This document shows positions 31,025 through 44,300 of a DNA stretch of 64,000 nucleotides, in pieces. The position numbers and the translations under genes were made by a program. Source of the stretch: Paramecium tetraurelia (taxonomy: Eukaryota). The stretch lies in assembly GCA_000165425.1 (NCBI GenBank), contig CT868629.1, forward strand, positions 62,001-126,000, given 5' to 3'. How positions within the stretch are numbered: position 1 is the first letter of the stretch; the number at the start of each line of letters is the position of its first letter. Below the pieces are notes generated by a model. The model saw nothing but the letters and a program-made list of their open reading frames with translations. It searched no databases and had not been told where the DNA came from.

Positions 31025-31920
31025 ATGAGTTATATTGAACTCAACTGGTTTTGTTTTGCAATTGATTGCAATTATTATTGGTTTTTATAGTTTAAATAGT
31101 ATAATTACATCTTTATCGACGAGTTTATATAAATAACACTTGAAAAATTTTAGAAATCGCCATAAATTTTCTAAATCCACAAGAAGACATAGCCCAATTT
31201 TACATATATACAAATAGTCTTTATTATAGATGAATCAAAAGAATGGTAAAGAATAAGTGAAAAACATTATTTGTACTTAAAATACTAGTAATCCAAATTC
31301 AATAGCTGTATTTTTTATTAATCAATGTCCTGAATTATGAATTGCTGCTTATGTTATATTTCCTATTATACAATAGTAAATAATGGGTACTTTTACTACC
31401 TACAAAATTCACTGTGGATCTAACTTGTAATCGATAACTTAAACTATGATTTAATTCATATTTAAATATAATACGAAAGATTGATATCTTCCCTTTCATG
31501 AGATTAGGAATGTCTTTGAGTAAGGGATTATTATATATAATTAGTCACATCTTTTTTTTAGTATTAATTAGAAATTCAATTTTTACAAAGAAAATGAATT
31601 AACATTATAACATGATTTTAAGAGCATTTGAATTGAGAGAATTAAAAGGTTTACATCAACTTGATGTTGCCTAAATTTGAAAAATATAAAAATGAATCAA
31701 AAAATTAATCACTAAATTATAAATTTTTAGGCACTTTTTGCTATTGACATTATTTGATGATTTTCAATAAGCAAATATCAAAATTTAATAGAAAATTTTT
31801 CAGCCAATTTTTGATAATTTCCAAAAGAAAGAGCATTCATTTTGCGTTGTTGGATGTATATAAAGAGTTAGAACCCTTATCCTATTTTGAAGACCAACAT
31901 ATATTTAAAAATATTTATTG
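31025..31920 (+). pseudogene. Possible decayed gene
   Basis: ATG at 31025 opens about 100 codons. Further coding-like segments follow but are broken by TGA in every frame on both strands, and no consistent intron model was found. Confidence 0.25.
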
Positions 31921-32098
31921 AAATATTACTTAATCAAATGAAGATGCAAAAGATAACTTATAATTATTAAAATGACAATAATGACTGATAATTGTTGTTA
32001 TCGTATAAAATTTATTAACTTTTTATATATTAATATAAAAGACCTTTTCAATTATATTTAATCGTTTTAGGTATCAAATTAAAATAAATAACATTAAA

Positions 32099-33736
32099 AT
32101 GGGTGTTTGTTAAACTAAAGTTAAGTAAAATCCAGCAGGCCCAAAAAAGAAAGGCATTAGACATGGCGAAAGAGTGAAGACCGAGTTTAGTGCAACATAA
32201 GAAACAGGTTTCAAACATCCAGGGCCTTTGTAAATAAATAGTCTCGATGAAATTAATTCACCTAAATCAGCTGGGTATCTTTTGTCAAAAGGCCAAAAAA
32301 CCAGGGTAGGGTTAATAAAATTAGCGGGATTAATCTCTAATTCTCCATAACTTGGTCAAATTCCGATCATTGAAATGAGTGCATCTAAAAAATATTCATT
32401 AATCAAGAAACTTCAAATGCATGATGTAAATTTGATTGTGATTACATAGATGAAACAAATATTGTCGAATAATAAGACTGGAATAATAGTGGAAATGGAG
32501 AATTTTTTAAAAGAGGATGAAGAAACATAAGAGTACATAACTTGGCTTTCAAAAGTTTAATTGGTATCTATGAATCATTAATAACATAGGAGCATCCTAA
32601 TCTCAATCGGATACTTGAAATTTATCAAGATTAAAACTCTTATTAAGTTATTTATGAATTTTTTGATGGGAAATCATTAACAGATCTTGTATCTGAAGAA
32701 AATAAACTTCCCGTAAAATAAATATCTTCAATTATGGCACAGATAATCTCAATCATTTCTTATTTGCATTCTCTAAATCTAATACACGGACATTTGACTC
32801 TTGATTCCTTTTAATTTAAGAAAACGAAAAATGAAATTCTAATCAAATTAGTAGATATAAAAAAAGTTATAATTAAAGACCCCGAGCCTTTGGATCTTTT
32901 AAAGTTCACACCTCTAGAATACTTGAGTCAACCTCGTAATTACGCTATAGCCAGAGATGTTTGGGCTATAGGAATAATTTGTTACGCTCTTACATATGGG
33001 ATTTTCCCGTATTAGTTCCCTCAACAAATTGATCACTCTTAAGCCTAATTGTTAATAAAGCGTACAACAATTCAATATGATGATACCGATTAGTTATTAA
33101 TTAACTTTATGAAGAAAATTTTAGTGCACAACTCAAAAAGTAGAATAACTCTGAGCCAATTAAAAAAAGATGAATTCTTGGTAGAAAATACTGTTTAAAA
33201 ACTTGTTCCTCAAGAAATAATATTGATTAATACAAAGATTGCTAAGCCTTGTTGTGTTTTATAAGAGATGATACTTTGTTATTTTTTATAAGAATTCAAC
33301 TGGGAAGAGTACCTTTAAATATAAAAATTGTTTTCAGAAGGGGATTAAGATATGGATGGGTATTTAAGTAAGTAGGAGTTATCAAATCTGTACAAGTAGT
33401 ATCTCAATGAGCCTAATTCCGACGAGTTGGCTGAAAAAATCATCTTAAACTATGGCATTGACAAGGAGAATGGATTCAATTGTCAGTAATTCCAATCTCT
33501 GGCTGCTAGCAGAGATTTATTGCTTACCTAGAGCAATATAGAGATATGTTTCTAGATTTTCTCAAATGGTAAAAAGGCGATCAATCTCAGGGGTTTAAGA
33601 AGACATTTAAATTCTGATTCAGAGGAATTGATTGATGAATTCAATCGTATAACTAATGAAGAAAAGACTGTATAAATGAATCTTATTTTAGTTAACTCTG
33701 AAATAATTCCAAAAGCTAGTTCAATTGCTTGTTTGA
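32099..33736 (+). CDS. CDPK-like pseudokinase 1 (MGVC N-terminus, EF-hands)
   Basis: HPNLNRILEIYQD, LHSLNLIHGHLTLDSF, KLVDIK, RDVWAIG and EF loop DQDMDGYLSKQE. Confidence 0.88.
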
Positions 33737-33909
33737 ATTATTAATTAATATATATATATAAATATCTTATATTATCTTAATTTTGGATTTGACCTAGTCT
33801 CAATATAAATACATTTGATAAATTAAATATTAATCTGATTTTAAATTCCACATTTGATAATTTAAAATCTTCGTACCTCAATTATTTGGGGGTAATAATT
33901 AATTATAAA

Positions 33910-35550
33910 ATGGGTGTTTGTCAAACGAAAGTCAGAAATTCCAAGAGATAAAACACACAGACTTCTTAAACTCAAATCAGAATCAGGACTGAAGTTTCTG
34001 AGATTTCTGAAAGCTTTCCCAAAAGAAGAATGAATCTTTAAATAGATCCAACAAAAATTAGTGAGAACAACAAGACTTCTCCTCTTTCTGAAGGAATATT
34101 ATTCACCCGAAGAGCGAAAAGAAGGATCACTTTGAAGAAACAAGGTTCAAATAACTATACTGCTACAACAAGCAGTTCGAATCATATACTTTTACCTGCA
34201 TGTGCATTCAAAAAATATTCACTGATTAGAAAAAAACAAGGGAATCATGTAAGTATTTCGTGTCTATTGTAGTCTATATCCATAATCTCAAACAATAAGA
34301 CCGGCAAAATCATGCAATTAGAGACCTTTCCAAAAGATGATCCAGAGTGTACGAATTACATAGAATGGCTGATGAGAAACAAGATAGTATAATTGATTTA
34401 TATTTTAGGATCACCCTAACATTATCAGAGTATCAGAAATCTTTTAAGATAATAAATATTATTAGGTAGTTTCTGAACACTTTGAGGATAATGATTTATC
34501 AGATTTAATAGTTGATGGTTCAAAATTATCTAAGCCCTAAGTATCCTAAGTGGTAAATCAAATGTTGCAGGCTATTCATTATTTGCATGAACAATAAATT
34601 TATCATGGAGCTATTACAATTAATTCATTTTCTTATTAAAAGAAATTAGATGGAATTATTGTTAAATTATCAAATTTGAAGGGGGCTGTGATTAAAGTTG
34701 AAGATGATATTGAAGTACTTAAATACACTTCTCCAGAGTGCATCTATCAACCTTAATAGAATGAAGCACGAGATGTCTGGGCGATTGCATTAATCGGATT
34801 GACCTTAAAAAAAGGGGGTCTCCCTTATTAATTACCTCAGCAATTGACGTAGGAAAAAATAAGGATGTTAGTTAAGAATAACACGTTTAAATTTGAACAT
34901 AAAAAGGATCAAGCATTTAAAGAATTTCTTTCTAGTTCTTTGAATAAGAATCCATTAAAAAGAATTAAAGTAGAATAATTACTAAATTTACCATTCCTTA
35001 CTAGATATTAATTAAAACAGAAAAGCGAATAAGAGATCTTGCTTAATAATCTTTTAGAAGCAAAACCAAGTTGTCTTTTATAATAATTGATTCTTGGATT
35101 TTTTGTTTAAGAATTTAATTGGGAAGAGTACTTATAGATTCAAAAGCTCTTTTTAGAAGGAGACGTAGATATGGATGGATTGATGACTAAGACAGGATTA
35201 GTTAAACTATTTAATAAATATTTGACTATCGACAAGATTGAAGAGAAAATCGATAATTTATATAAAGAGCTTGAAATAGATGATAAAATAAATTCCAATT
35301 TATTTTTAGCTCTTACAGCAACGAGGAAAGATGTATTGTCAATATCAAACATTGAGATTTGTTTTGAGATATTTTCACTCAATTCTTCAGAAATAAATTT
35401 AAAAGGATTGAAAAAGTATCTAAATTCAGATATTGATGAGATTAAAGTTGAGCTAACTCGTTTAACAGAAAATCAAAATTCAGTATTTTTTAATTTTTAT
35501 TCTAGTTAAACTACTAGCAATTCTCTAAAATCTTAGAATTGATGATTTGA
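33910..35550 (+). CDS. CDPK-like pseudokinase 2 (MGVC N-terminus, degenerate EF-hands)
   Basis: HPNIIRVSEIFQD, LHEQQIYHGAITINSF, KLSNLK, YTSPE, RDVWAIA and EF-like DVDMDGLMTKTG. Confidence 0.88.
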
Positions 35551-35822
35551 TATTTAGTCTTATTATTTCTAAAATATATTAAATATATATCAAATATATA
35601 TTAAATATATTAAATATAATAAAAATTAAATTAATTAATAAAATATACTTTTCTTTATAGAATTATTTATATACTTTTTTATACAAATAAACGTTTTTCT
35701 CATTTTATAATAATTCACAGTTAAGGCTCTTATTTATATCGACAATTAAGATTTCTCATTAGATTAAGATATACCCCTTTAAAATTTCTTTGTTTTAATA
35801 AAAATAGTAATATTATTAAAAT

Positions 35823-37488
35823 ATGGGAGTTTGCTAGACGAAAAAAATGTAAAATTAAAAGCTTGTCTCACATAATGGGCATTCAATAGAAGAAAAAATT
35901 AAAGCAGATATATTTGCGACACCAGATGCTACCATAAGACGATCTAACATTTCTCATTAAGAAAAGAAAATCTTTGGCGATTCCAATTATTCAACCAACA
36001 CGGAAGGAAATATGGTTTCATCTAGACAAAGAAATCCAATATCAGTCTTAAAAATCTAAAACAATGTATCTGGATTGCTTTCTTGCACTGCTAGCCCTGT
36101 TCTTGAAACTATGAGCGCTTCTAAAAAATATACTCTAATTGGTCAGCATTCCTCAAATTATGTACGTATCAGTCATATGTTTTAGTAAATTTCGATTTTG
36201 CAAAGTAATAAGACAGGGAAGCTAGTGCAGATGGAAAATTTTTAGAAGTCTAATCCTGATAATGAGAAGTACATCTCATGGCTATAAAAAGTAGCTTTAG
36301 TAAATTATTATAATAAATGCTCTCTAGGATCATCCCAATATACTCAGGATTGTTGAAATATTTCAGGATAGAATGAATTATTAAGTGGTATCTGAGCATT
36401 TTCATGGGAATTATTTATCAGATTTAATTATAGGCGAGGCCAAAGTTTCAAAAAGTTTAGTATCTCAAATTTATGAATAAATTATCTCTGTAATGCAATA
36501 TCTTCACTCTAAAAATTTGGTTCATGGAAACCTAACACTTAAATCCTTTGAGTATATGTAAGGTAGCAATGGAGGATTGGTGATAAAATTAGTAAATGTA
36601 AAGGGAATAATCATAAAGGAAGAAGATAATATGGAAATAATTAAATTATTGCCTCCAGAATGTTTATATCATCAGAATCTCTTTACTAAAGAAAGAGATA
36701 TTTGGATGGTAGGATTACTAGGCTATACTTTAAAGAAAGGTTAGTTACCCTATAACTTATCTCATAATACGACACAATAATTCTTAATAAGCATAATCAA
36801 AGATCATAAATTCAATTTCTCAAAAAAGAAGGATTTGATCTTTAAGAATTTCTTAGAAGCAACATTGGCAAAGGATCCTGAACATCGAGTAGATTTTGAA
36901 ACTCTTTTAAAACATCAATTTCTAAAAATTCATAGAATTAAGACTACTTCTCAATAAGAAATTCTCTTTGCTAATTTTCTTTTAAATAAACCTTGTTGCA
37001 CGATTCAATAACTATTGTTGGGATATTTTGGATAGGAATTTAATTGGGAAGAATATATTGCAATCCAAAAACTATTTTCAGAGAGTGATACAAATATGGA
37101 TGGATTATTAAGTAAGCAAGAACTCATTAAACTCTTTTCTAACTATAAATCAACAGAGGATGTAGAAAATAAAATAGATGAAATATTTTAATAGTTAGAA
37201 ATTGACCCTTAAGAAGGAGGAATAGATTCAACATAATTTATGTCCTTGGCTTTAACCAGATCTATTTTGTTAACCTAATAAAATACTGAAACTTGCTTCT
37301 AAATCTTCTCATACAATAAACAAGAAATATAATTAAAGGGACTTAAAAGACATTTGTAATGTGAAACTGCAGATATCAAATCCGAGTTTTCTTAAATAAC
37401 AGATGATTTAAATACTGTAATATTGATAATCTAATTTTAGCTCAATTGGTAATAGTTTGAATCAATAATGAGATTACTTATAGAATGA
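35823..37488 (+). CDS. CDPK-like pseudokinase 3 (MGVC N-terminus, EF-hands)
   Basis: HPNILRIVEIFQD, LHSKNLVHGNLTLKSF, KLVNVK, LPPE, RDIWMVG and EF loop DTNMDGLLSKQE. Confidence 0.88.
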
Positions 37489-37574
37489 ATCTTAAATGTA
37501 TACAATTTTCATTATTTATCTAAATGGTTCTATATTTACTTTATTTTAAAAATATCTATTGTTTCAATACTGTT

Positions 37575-38800
37575 CAAAGTTGTTATTACTAGATCTAAAC
37601 TTTGAATTTAATTAATATCTTTTAGTGTTTTATTTAATAATTAAAATTTAATGGAAATAAATAGGATCAAAGTTAGAAAAATAATTTTTAGAATTTGAAC
37701 AAGGAAATAAATTTAAGTAATAGCAAGAAGAATTATAAAATAAACGAAAGTTAAATTTAATCAATTCTAAAAAAAGCTTATAGGATTTAATTATTTAGAA
37801 AAATTCAATCAAGGTTTGAATTAAATCAGGTTATTTGAATTTAAAGGCGAAACATCATTAAATTCTTAGTTTAAGAACTAGTCATAGAAATTTAAGATAG
37901 ATCTGTTAATTAATTCTTTCTCCAAATAACTATTCCAAGACTTTAGTATATCAAAGAGTGGCTCTAAAGTTCATATATATTAAGAAAAATGCTGAGAAAT
38001 TTAGAATTCATTTTAGCAGATTAAACAAGAAAAGGAGAACTAACAAAATTTTTCATGAATGCATTTGAAACATTTTTATGTCGATTATTAGAACTAATTG
38101 GCATTGCCTTAAGAGATATAGTATCAAATAAGATCTATTTATTGGATTAGTTTAATCGGAATTAAAAGAAAATGGGAGAACCGAAGGCTGAGATTATATT
38201 TAGAGAAATGAGAATGGAGAGTTTGGAATTTCAGTGCATTCTTACTAAAAACATAAATTACTAAGTGAATGATCAATCTATGATACAGAGTAATACCTTT
38301 AGGTGCAAAAAATGAATAATTTGTTAGATTGGATAATAATTATAAGTAAAATTTTGTAAAATTGAAGTAATAGTATAAGGTGCCCTTCTTATATAAACTG
38401 CAGTGTGAGTAACCACTTCTAGTGTATCTAAATAGCGTCTGATTAAAAGTTAGGTTTTGCACTTCAAAGTAACAAAGCTTAGAAATACATATCGGACATA
38501 TAGGATTGATTTAATTAATGTTCTAAAGGTCAGAATTCTCAAGATTATACAGTGTTTGGAGTAAGTATTTTACATTTAAGTTCTCTTTATAATTTCAAAA
38601 GCAAATCAAATGATTTCAAAAACTTTGATGTTGAATAATAGGCGGTGTTGCTTAATGCGATTATGCTTACGGATTAGGATATGGGTATTTATATAGCCTT
38701 GGGATTAAATAAGAAATTTAGTTGAGGCTACTGGGTAAAATGAGAATATGTGATAGATTTGTAGGGGATCTAATACGATATTCTGCTTGGGAATGGCCAT
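37575..38800. other. Unresolved coding-like region (hypothetical gene or pseudogene)
   Basis: A minus-strand model from ATG 38800 (MAIPKQNIVLDPLQIYH...) and a plus-strand model from 37651 (needing a frameshift) are each partly open. Neither closes cleanly by eye. Confidence 0.25.
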
Positions 38801-38850
38801 TTAATATTTATTCAATGAGTTTAAAATTAAAAATATTTTTTAAATTTTGT

Positions 38851-39135
38851 ATGTCAGCAAATCAAAACAATAGTTCAAATTTTAAAAGTTAATTGAAAGT
38901 CTCATTATCGTAAGAAAAGGAGGAGGCTTAAGAAACACTTGAAAGTAATTGAAAATGGTTATAGCTAATAGTCATACATGAAATGTCTTAGATTTTAAAT
39001 TGCGGATTGGATAGATAATAATTAGCTGTATTGGTTAGTATGATAGAAAATGGAGTTAATCCTGAAGCTTTGGCTCTGGTGGTAAATGAAATGAAAACTG
39101 AATTAAACACCTATAAAAAAATTCATAAATAATGA
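38851..39135 (+). CDS. MZT1: MOZART1 / gamma-tubulin complex subunit MZT1
   Basis: AQETLEIIHEMSQILNCGLDRQQLAVLVSMIENGVNPEALALVVNEMK. One intron. Confidence 0.95.
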
Positions 39136-39583
39136 AAATATCAATTTTGCGTTTAAGCCCTTGATGATTTGCATTAATGTTCATTTTAATTGGGTTTTAC
39201 AAATTAATATAGTTATTTTTGAATATATTTTATACCAAATTTTACAAAAATAATAAGTTCATATTATGATCATTAATAATCATTATAAATTAGAAGAGAA
39301 TACCTTAAAATTTATTAATTAATTAGAAATCCTAATTTAAATAAAAAGGATGATAAAACTAGTCTGTATTCTTGCATAAAAGGAGGATTAAAAATAAATA
39401 AATTACTTTGCAATATAAATAAATAAAAGACTCATTTCCTTAAACTGTTAGATATATAATTATTAATTAATTTCTTTTTAAAGAATTATTTTTGTTAAAA
39501 TGAAATCAATATTCAGTTTTATCAAATGAAATTAACTATTTTTAGTATTTTTTTTCAAACTCAATCTATAATTAATTATATAA

Positions 39584-41165
39584 ATGGGGCCTTGCCAATC
39601 TTAATCTAAATTGAAATCAAGTAAAAATTTGCAACAGCCAATTTTAATCAGAAAAACTGATCAAGTGCTCACTAATAACAACCCTTCAATGATTCTTCCA
39701 AGTTTTTCTCCTCCCTAAGAGTTTATTAGCGAACCTTATGACGATACTAAAAAGAATCTGTCTCAGCTAAAGGTTTATAAGTTCTCCTACTCTCGATTTT
39801 ACAGTGAAATCACTTAAGGAAACATGAAATGTATGATTATTTGTTTAATTATATAAGTGTCATCAAATTAGAAGTTGGTTCAGCATAATCTAACTGGCAA
39901 AATTAGAGTAGCGGAATAATATGAAAGAAATTAAGAAAATGAAGAATTTATCACTCAATTGAAATGTTACCCCTTGGTAATAATTAAAACATAATTATTA
40001 TATAGGATAACCCTAGAATTGTGAATGTACATGAATTGTTTATTGATGATGAATTCTTCTACTTGATAATGGATTATTGCAGTGGAGGCCAACTCTCCAA
40101 TTACTATGTCGATAAATCCATAATTCCCTTTACTGAAGCAGAAATTGCATCCATCATCTATTAGGCAGCAGAATCACTAAGATATTTGGAACAAAATGGA
40201 TTGACTCATGGTTTCGTTAATTTGAATAGCTTTTCCCGAGTTGATACGTCAAATAATTTTCAAATTAAACTTAGTGATATTAGAGGTCTATTTGTAAAGC
40301 CAGCATTAAATGAATAAAATGTTTTTAGTCTCCCACCTGAAGCTTGTACTATAAAAGACTAAAATGTATTCAATCATTAAAGAGATGTTTGGTGTTTGGG
40401 AGTAATGGCATATTAGATGATATGTGGATATCCTCCATTCGAAGGAAATACAATTGAATCAGTGAAATCACAAATTAAAAAGATGGCTGCCCAATATAAC
40501 AATTTTTAATTCGATAGAGTATCTAAATTATGTAGACAACTGATTTAAAGAGTTTTGGTGCCTATTAAATAGAGAATTTCAATTTTAGCATTTATGAATG
40601 ATCATTGGTTTAGAATTAGAGCTAAGTAAAACGATCAAAGTATCTTAAATTAACTTTAACAAAATAAGGTAAAAATTTCAGAACTCCAACAGTTGTTTTT
40701 GACTTTTATGATTAAAAACATTTGTTCAGCTGATTAACAACAACTCTATACGGAATTCGTGAATTTGGATGAAAATCAAGATGGTCAATTAACTAAGGAA
40801 GAGATTCTAAAAGTATATTCTAATAGATTTGCTTCTAAAGCAGAAGCAAAAGCCTTCATTGAGAATATTTTCAAGATAGCTGATGTTGACAAAAGTGGAA
40901 CAATTGATTTTGGAGAATTCTTGGTAGCTATAACTGATAAACCTGGGTTATTGACAGAGGAAAATCTGAAGACAACATTCAAAATGGTTGCTTCTAGTAA
41001 TGGTAAATTGACTACACAAAAACTCCGATTTCATTTTAGTGTTGCTTCATCCAAACTAGATAAATTGTTTTAAGACAACTTTTCAAATCCATAAGTACTT
41101 TATTGTTTTTATTTTAGAATGTGGGTTATTCAGAGTTTGAATTGTTGATGAAATAGTTATTGTGA
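39584..41165 (+). CDS. CDPK-like pseudokinase 4 (MGPC N-terminus, two canonical EF-hands)
   Basis: VQHNLTGKIRVAEQ, YLIMDYCSGG, LTHGFVNLNSF, KLSDIR, LPPE, RDVWCLG and CGYPPF. EF loops DENQDGQLTKEE and DVDKSGTIDFGE. Confidence 0.9.
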
Positions 41166-41322
41166 ATATATAATTGTTCGAGTTTTTATTATTAAACAAA
41201 TTTTTATTTATTCTTGAGCTAGATAGATACGCTATTCAATAAGAATTACTATTTATGTTGGATTATTAAGAAAAATATTAATTAATTAATAAAATTTAAA
41301 CATCATTTAGACAGTTAATCTC

Positions 41323-44300
41323 ATGCAATAAATCACACCTGAGTTTATTATGTTATGCTTAGTTACATAAGAGGATTACAAAAATGCTCGCGCAATTAAA
41401 TAGGCTGTGTAAGACAATTAGGAACCAATATTTGAAATAATTTGCACCACCATTAAAGAAGTCCTAAAATGGGACAATAATCGAAACGTACATGCTCCAT
41501 TAGCCAGGTTATTAGCATTGAGAGTATAATATGATTCTATTCTTATAGTTGAGTAAGGATCTAATTGATATTTCCAATATGAGATTTATAAATAAATTTG
41601 AAGATATCACATTAGATTCCTTAAGATTTTATGCAGAGTTTGGGGGTCCTCTTAATGACCAAAATAGGGGATTCAATTTATTTGGAGAAAATCTGGGTAC
41701 TCAAAATAGTTATTCTAGAAAAGGATACCAGATCATATGGAACATCATTAGTTAGGCTAGCCATGGAATGTATAAAGGCATGGGCTCTGTTTTTTCCTTA
41801 ATATCCTTAAGGAGGACCAACTAAATTCATTCAATTATATATGGATTTAGAAAGAAAGGGATATAAATTCATAAATTGGACTTACTATAAGCCAGAATTT
41901 ATTAATTAGCATACAAGTCCAGATTTTCCTCGCACAGTAGATCTTCTAAAATCAAATGGTGGAAATGGTCAAAATGTTGTTAACACAGGCGGGATTTAAC
42001 CAATGAAATAAGCATCTTCTAATCAGCCACCCTAAACTTAATAACTTGGAAACATTCAAAATTAAACTCCAGGTTAAGCTACTCCAGGTAATCCAAAAGT
42101 TGGTATTGTGAAAAAATCATCTCTTGTTATTGATAGATGCAGAAAATTGATAGATGAAGTTGGAGATATATGTTCGCATAATTTACTTTGCGATCCCTAA
42201 CTGTTTCATGATTTAAGGAGTGAAGTTATGGCTAAAACCTAGGAAATGGATATAATGGTTAATGAACTTATAGACTATGATGAGGAGGACTTGGCAGGCG
42301 AAGTCATGTTGGAGATGGATAATTTGTAAACCTTGGAAAAAGACTTGGGTTCTCTTAATATATAGACTAATGCAGAGTTCAGAAAGAAATACATGAAAAA
42401 TAAACCCGATTATGCGGCATAAAAAAAAATAATAGAAGATGAAAAGGAAAGATAGAGATTATTAGATTAGGCAAAATAACAATAATTAATAATAGATGAG
42501 CAATAAAAAGTTATTGAAAATGACAGGAAGGAACAAGAAAGACTAAGAAAATTAAAGGAAGAGTCAGAGCGTTTAGAGGAAGAGAGAAAAAAAAAAGAGG
42601 AGTAACAGCGTTAAGAGGAAGAGAGAAAAAAAAAAGAGGAGTAGGATCGTTAAAATGAAGAGAGAAAAAGAAAAGAGGAGTAAGATCGTTAAAATGAAGA
42701 GAAAAGAAGAAAGGAATAAGAAGATTAAAGATTATAAGAAGAAGAGAAGAAAAACCGAGAGCTAAAAAAACGATAGGAAGATGAGGCGAGGGAGAAAAAA
42801 AGAATTTAGGATTTAGAGGAGCAAAAGAAATTGAAATAAATCTAGGAGGAGGAAGAGAGGTAAAAAAAGTTGCAATAATAAGAGGAAGATCAAAAAAAAT
42901 AAAGAGAATAAGAAGAAGAATAAAAGAGAATTCATTAAGAACAAAATTAACAAAAACAATAGTAACAAATCGTATTGGATAACAGTGACAGCAAAAAAGC
43001 TCAAGAATTAATTGGAGCTACCAAAATTTAGAATTCTTCAATCTCTTAAGGAGAATAAATATTTATCACTAATTAATTTTAACCTCCAGTTGATCAATCT
43101 AAAGTTCAAATGAAAAATTTAAAACCTATCAGTCAATCTAGTTTGGGATTGAAACCTCAGCCGTAATACCAAAAAATAAAAGGTGATGTAAGTGGAGCCC
43201 CTGATTTGATATAAGAAAATCATCAATAGATTAACTAGTTTGATATGAAATAATTGGAAATCTTATAGCAATAAGTGGAAAATTTACAAAGAGATAAGGG
43301 ATAATTACAAAAACAATTAGAAGATGAAGAAAACAGAAATAAAAAGTTGAAGGAAGATGTGTATTCATTAAATGGAGGTGGTAATAGAATATAAGAAGAC
43401 TTAAGAAGTCTGCAAACAAAATTTGATTAACTTTAATAAGAAAAAGTATTAATTTAGAATCAACTTTAACAAAATCAATAACAATTTAATGAATATAAAT
43501 TGAATTCTGAAAGGTTGAAACAATAACAAAAAGATTAAAATGATTTAGAGCTAAATAATTATAAAATAGAAAGACAACATTTATTTTCAGAAAAATAAGC
43601 ATTAATAAGATAATTAGAGTAAAACAAGGCTTAATAAGCCAATCATGGTGAGATTTAAGATAAATAATTTCAAAATGAGTAGTTGATAGCCTAACAGAAA
43701 AGAGAAATAGAAACCTTAAAATTAGATAAAGAAATTCTGTAAAAAAGTCTGTAAAAAGAAATTGATTTAAGCAAAATCAAGCTTAATGATTAATAAACCT
43801 TTTCAGATACTCTGAATAATTAATTAAATCTTTATAAGACTTAATTGGAAAAAAGCTAAAAGGATTATTTAATCCTATAGGAAAGTTAAAAGAAGTCTAA
43901 TGATGAACTTTTGTAATAAGTATTTGAGGCTAGAAAGGAAAATTTAAGTACCAAACAATAGTTAAACTCAATTTAATTATAACTTAGTGATAAAGAAGCA
44001 GAATAAAAACAATTATAATAAAGTTATTAAGCTGCTTAAAAAGAAAATTAACAACTAAAGAGAAATCTAGAGGCTGCTTAATAATAAATTGATCAATTTA
44101 TCCAAAAGAATATGGACAATAGAAGTTCAACTCTTTTACAATAAAAATTGCAATAGAAATTAGATGAGATTGATAAGTTAAAGGAAGATCATAAAATTGC
44201 TTTGAAAGAGAAAGATGAATATTATAAATAAAGAATAGACGATCTTACCTAGGATAGATAAAAATTGTAAAAAGATGTCTTTGAATTGCAATAATAGGCA

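Noticed and set aside
35570..35650. (aaatatat)n-like AT repeat
   Set aside because: Low-complexity intergenic AT sequence with no spacer structure or terminal repeats.
42579..42734. Regular 39-bp repeats as a possible CRISPR-like array
   Set aside because: There are no unique spacers, and the repeat is in-frame coding sequence in a eukaryotic gene.
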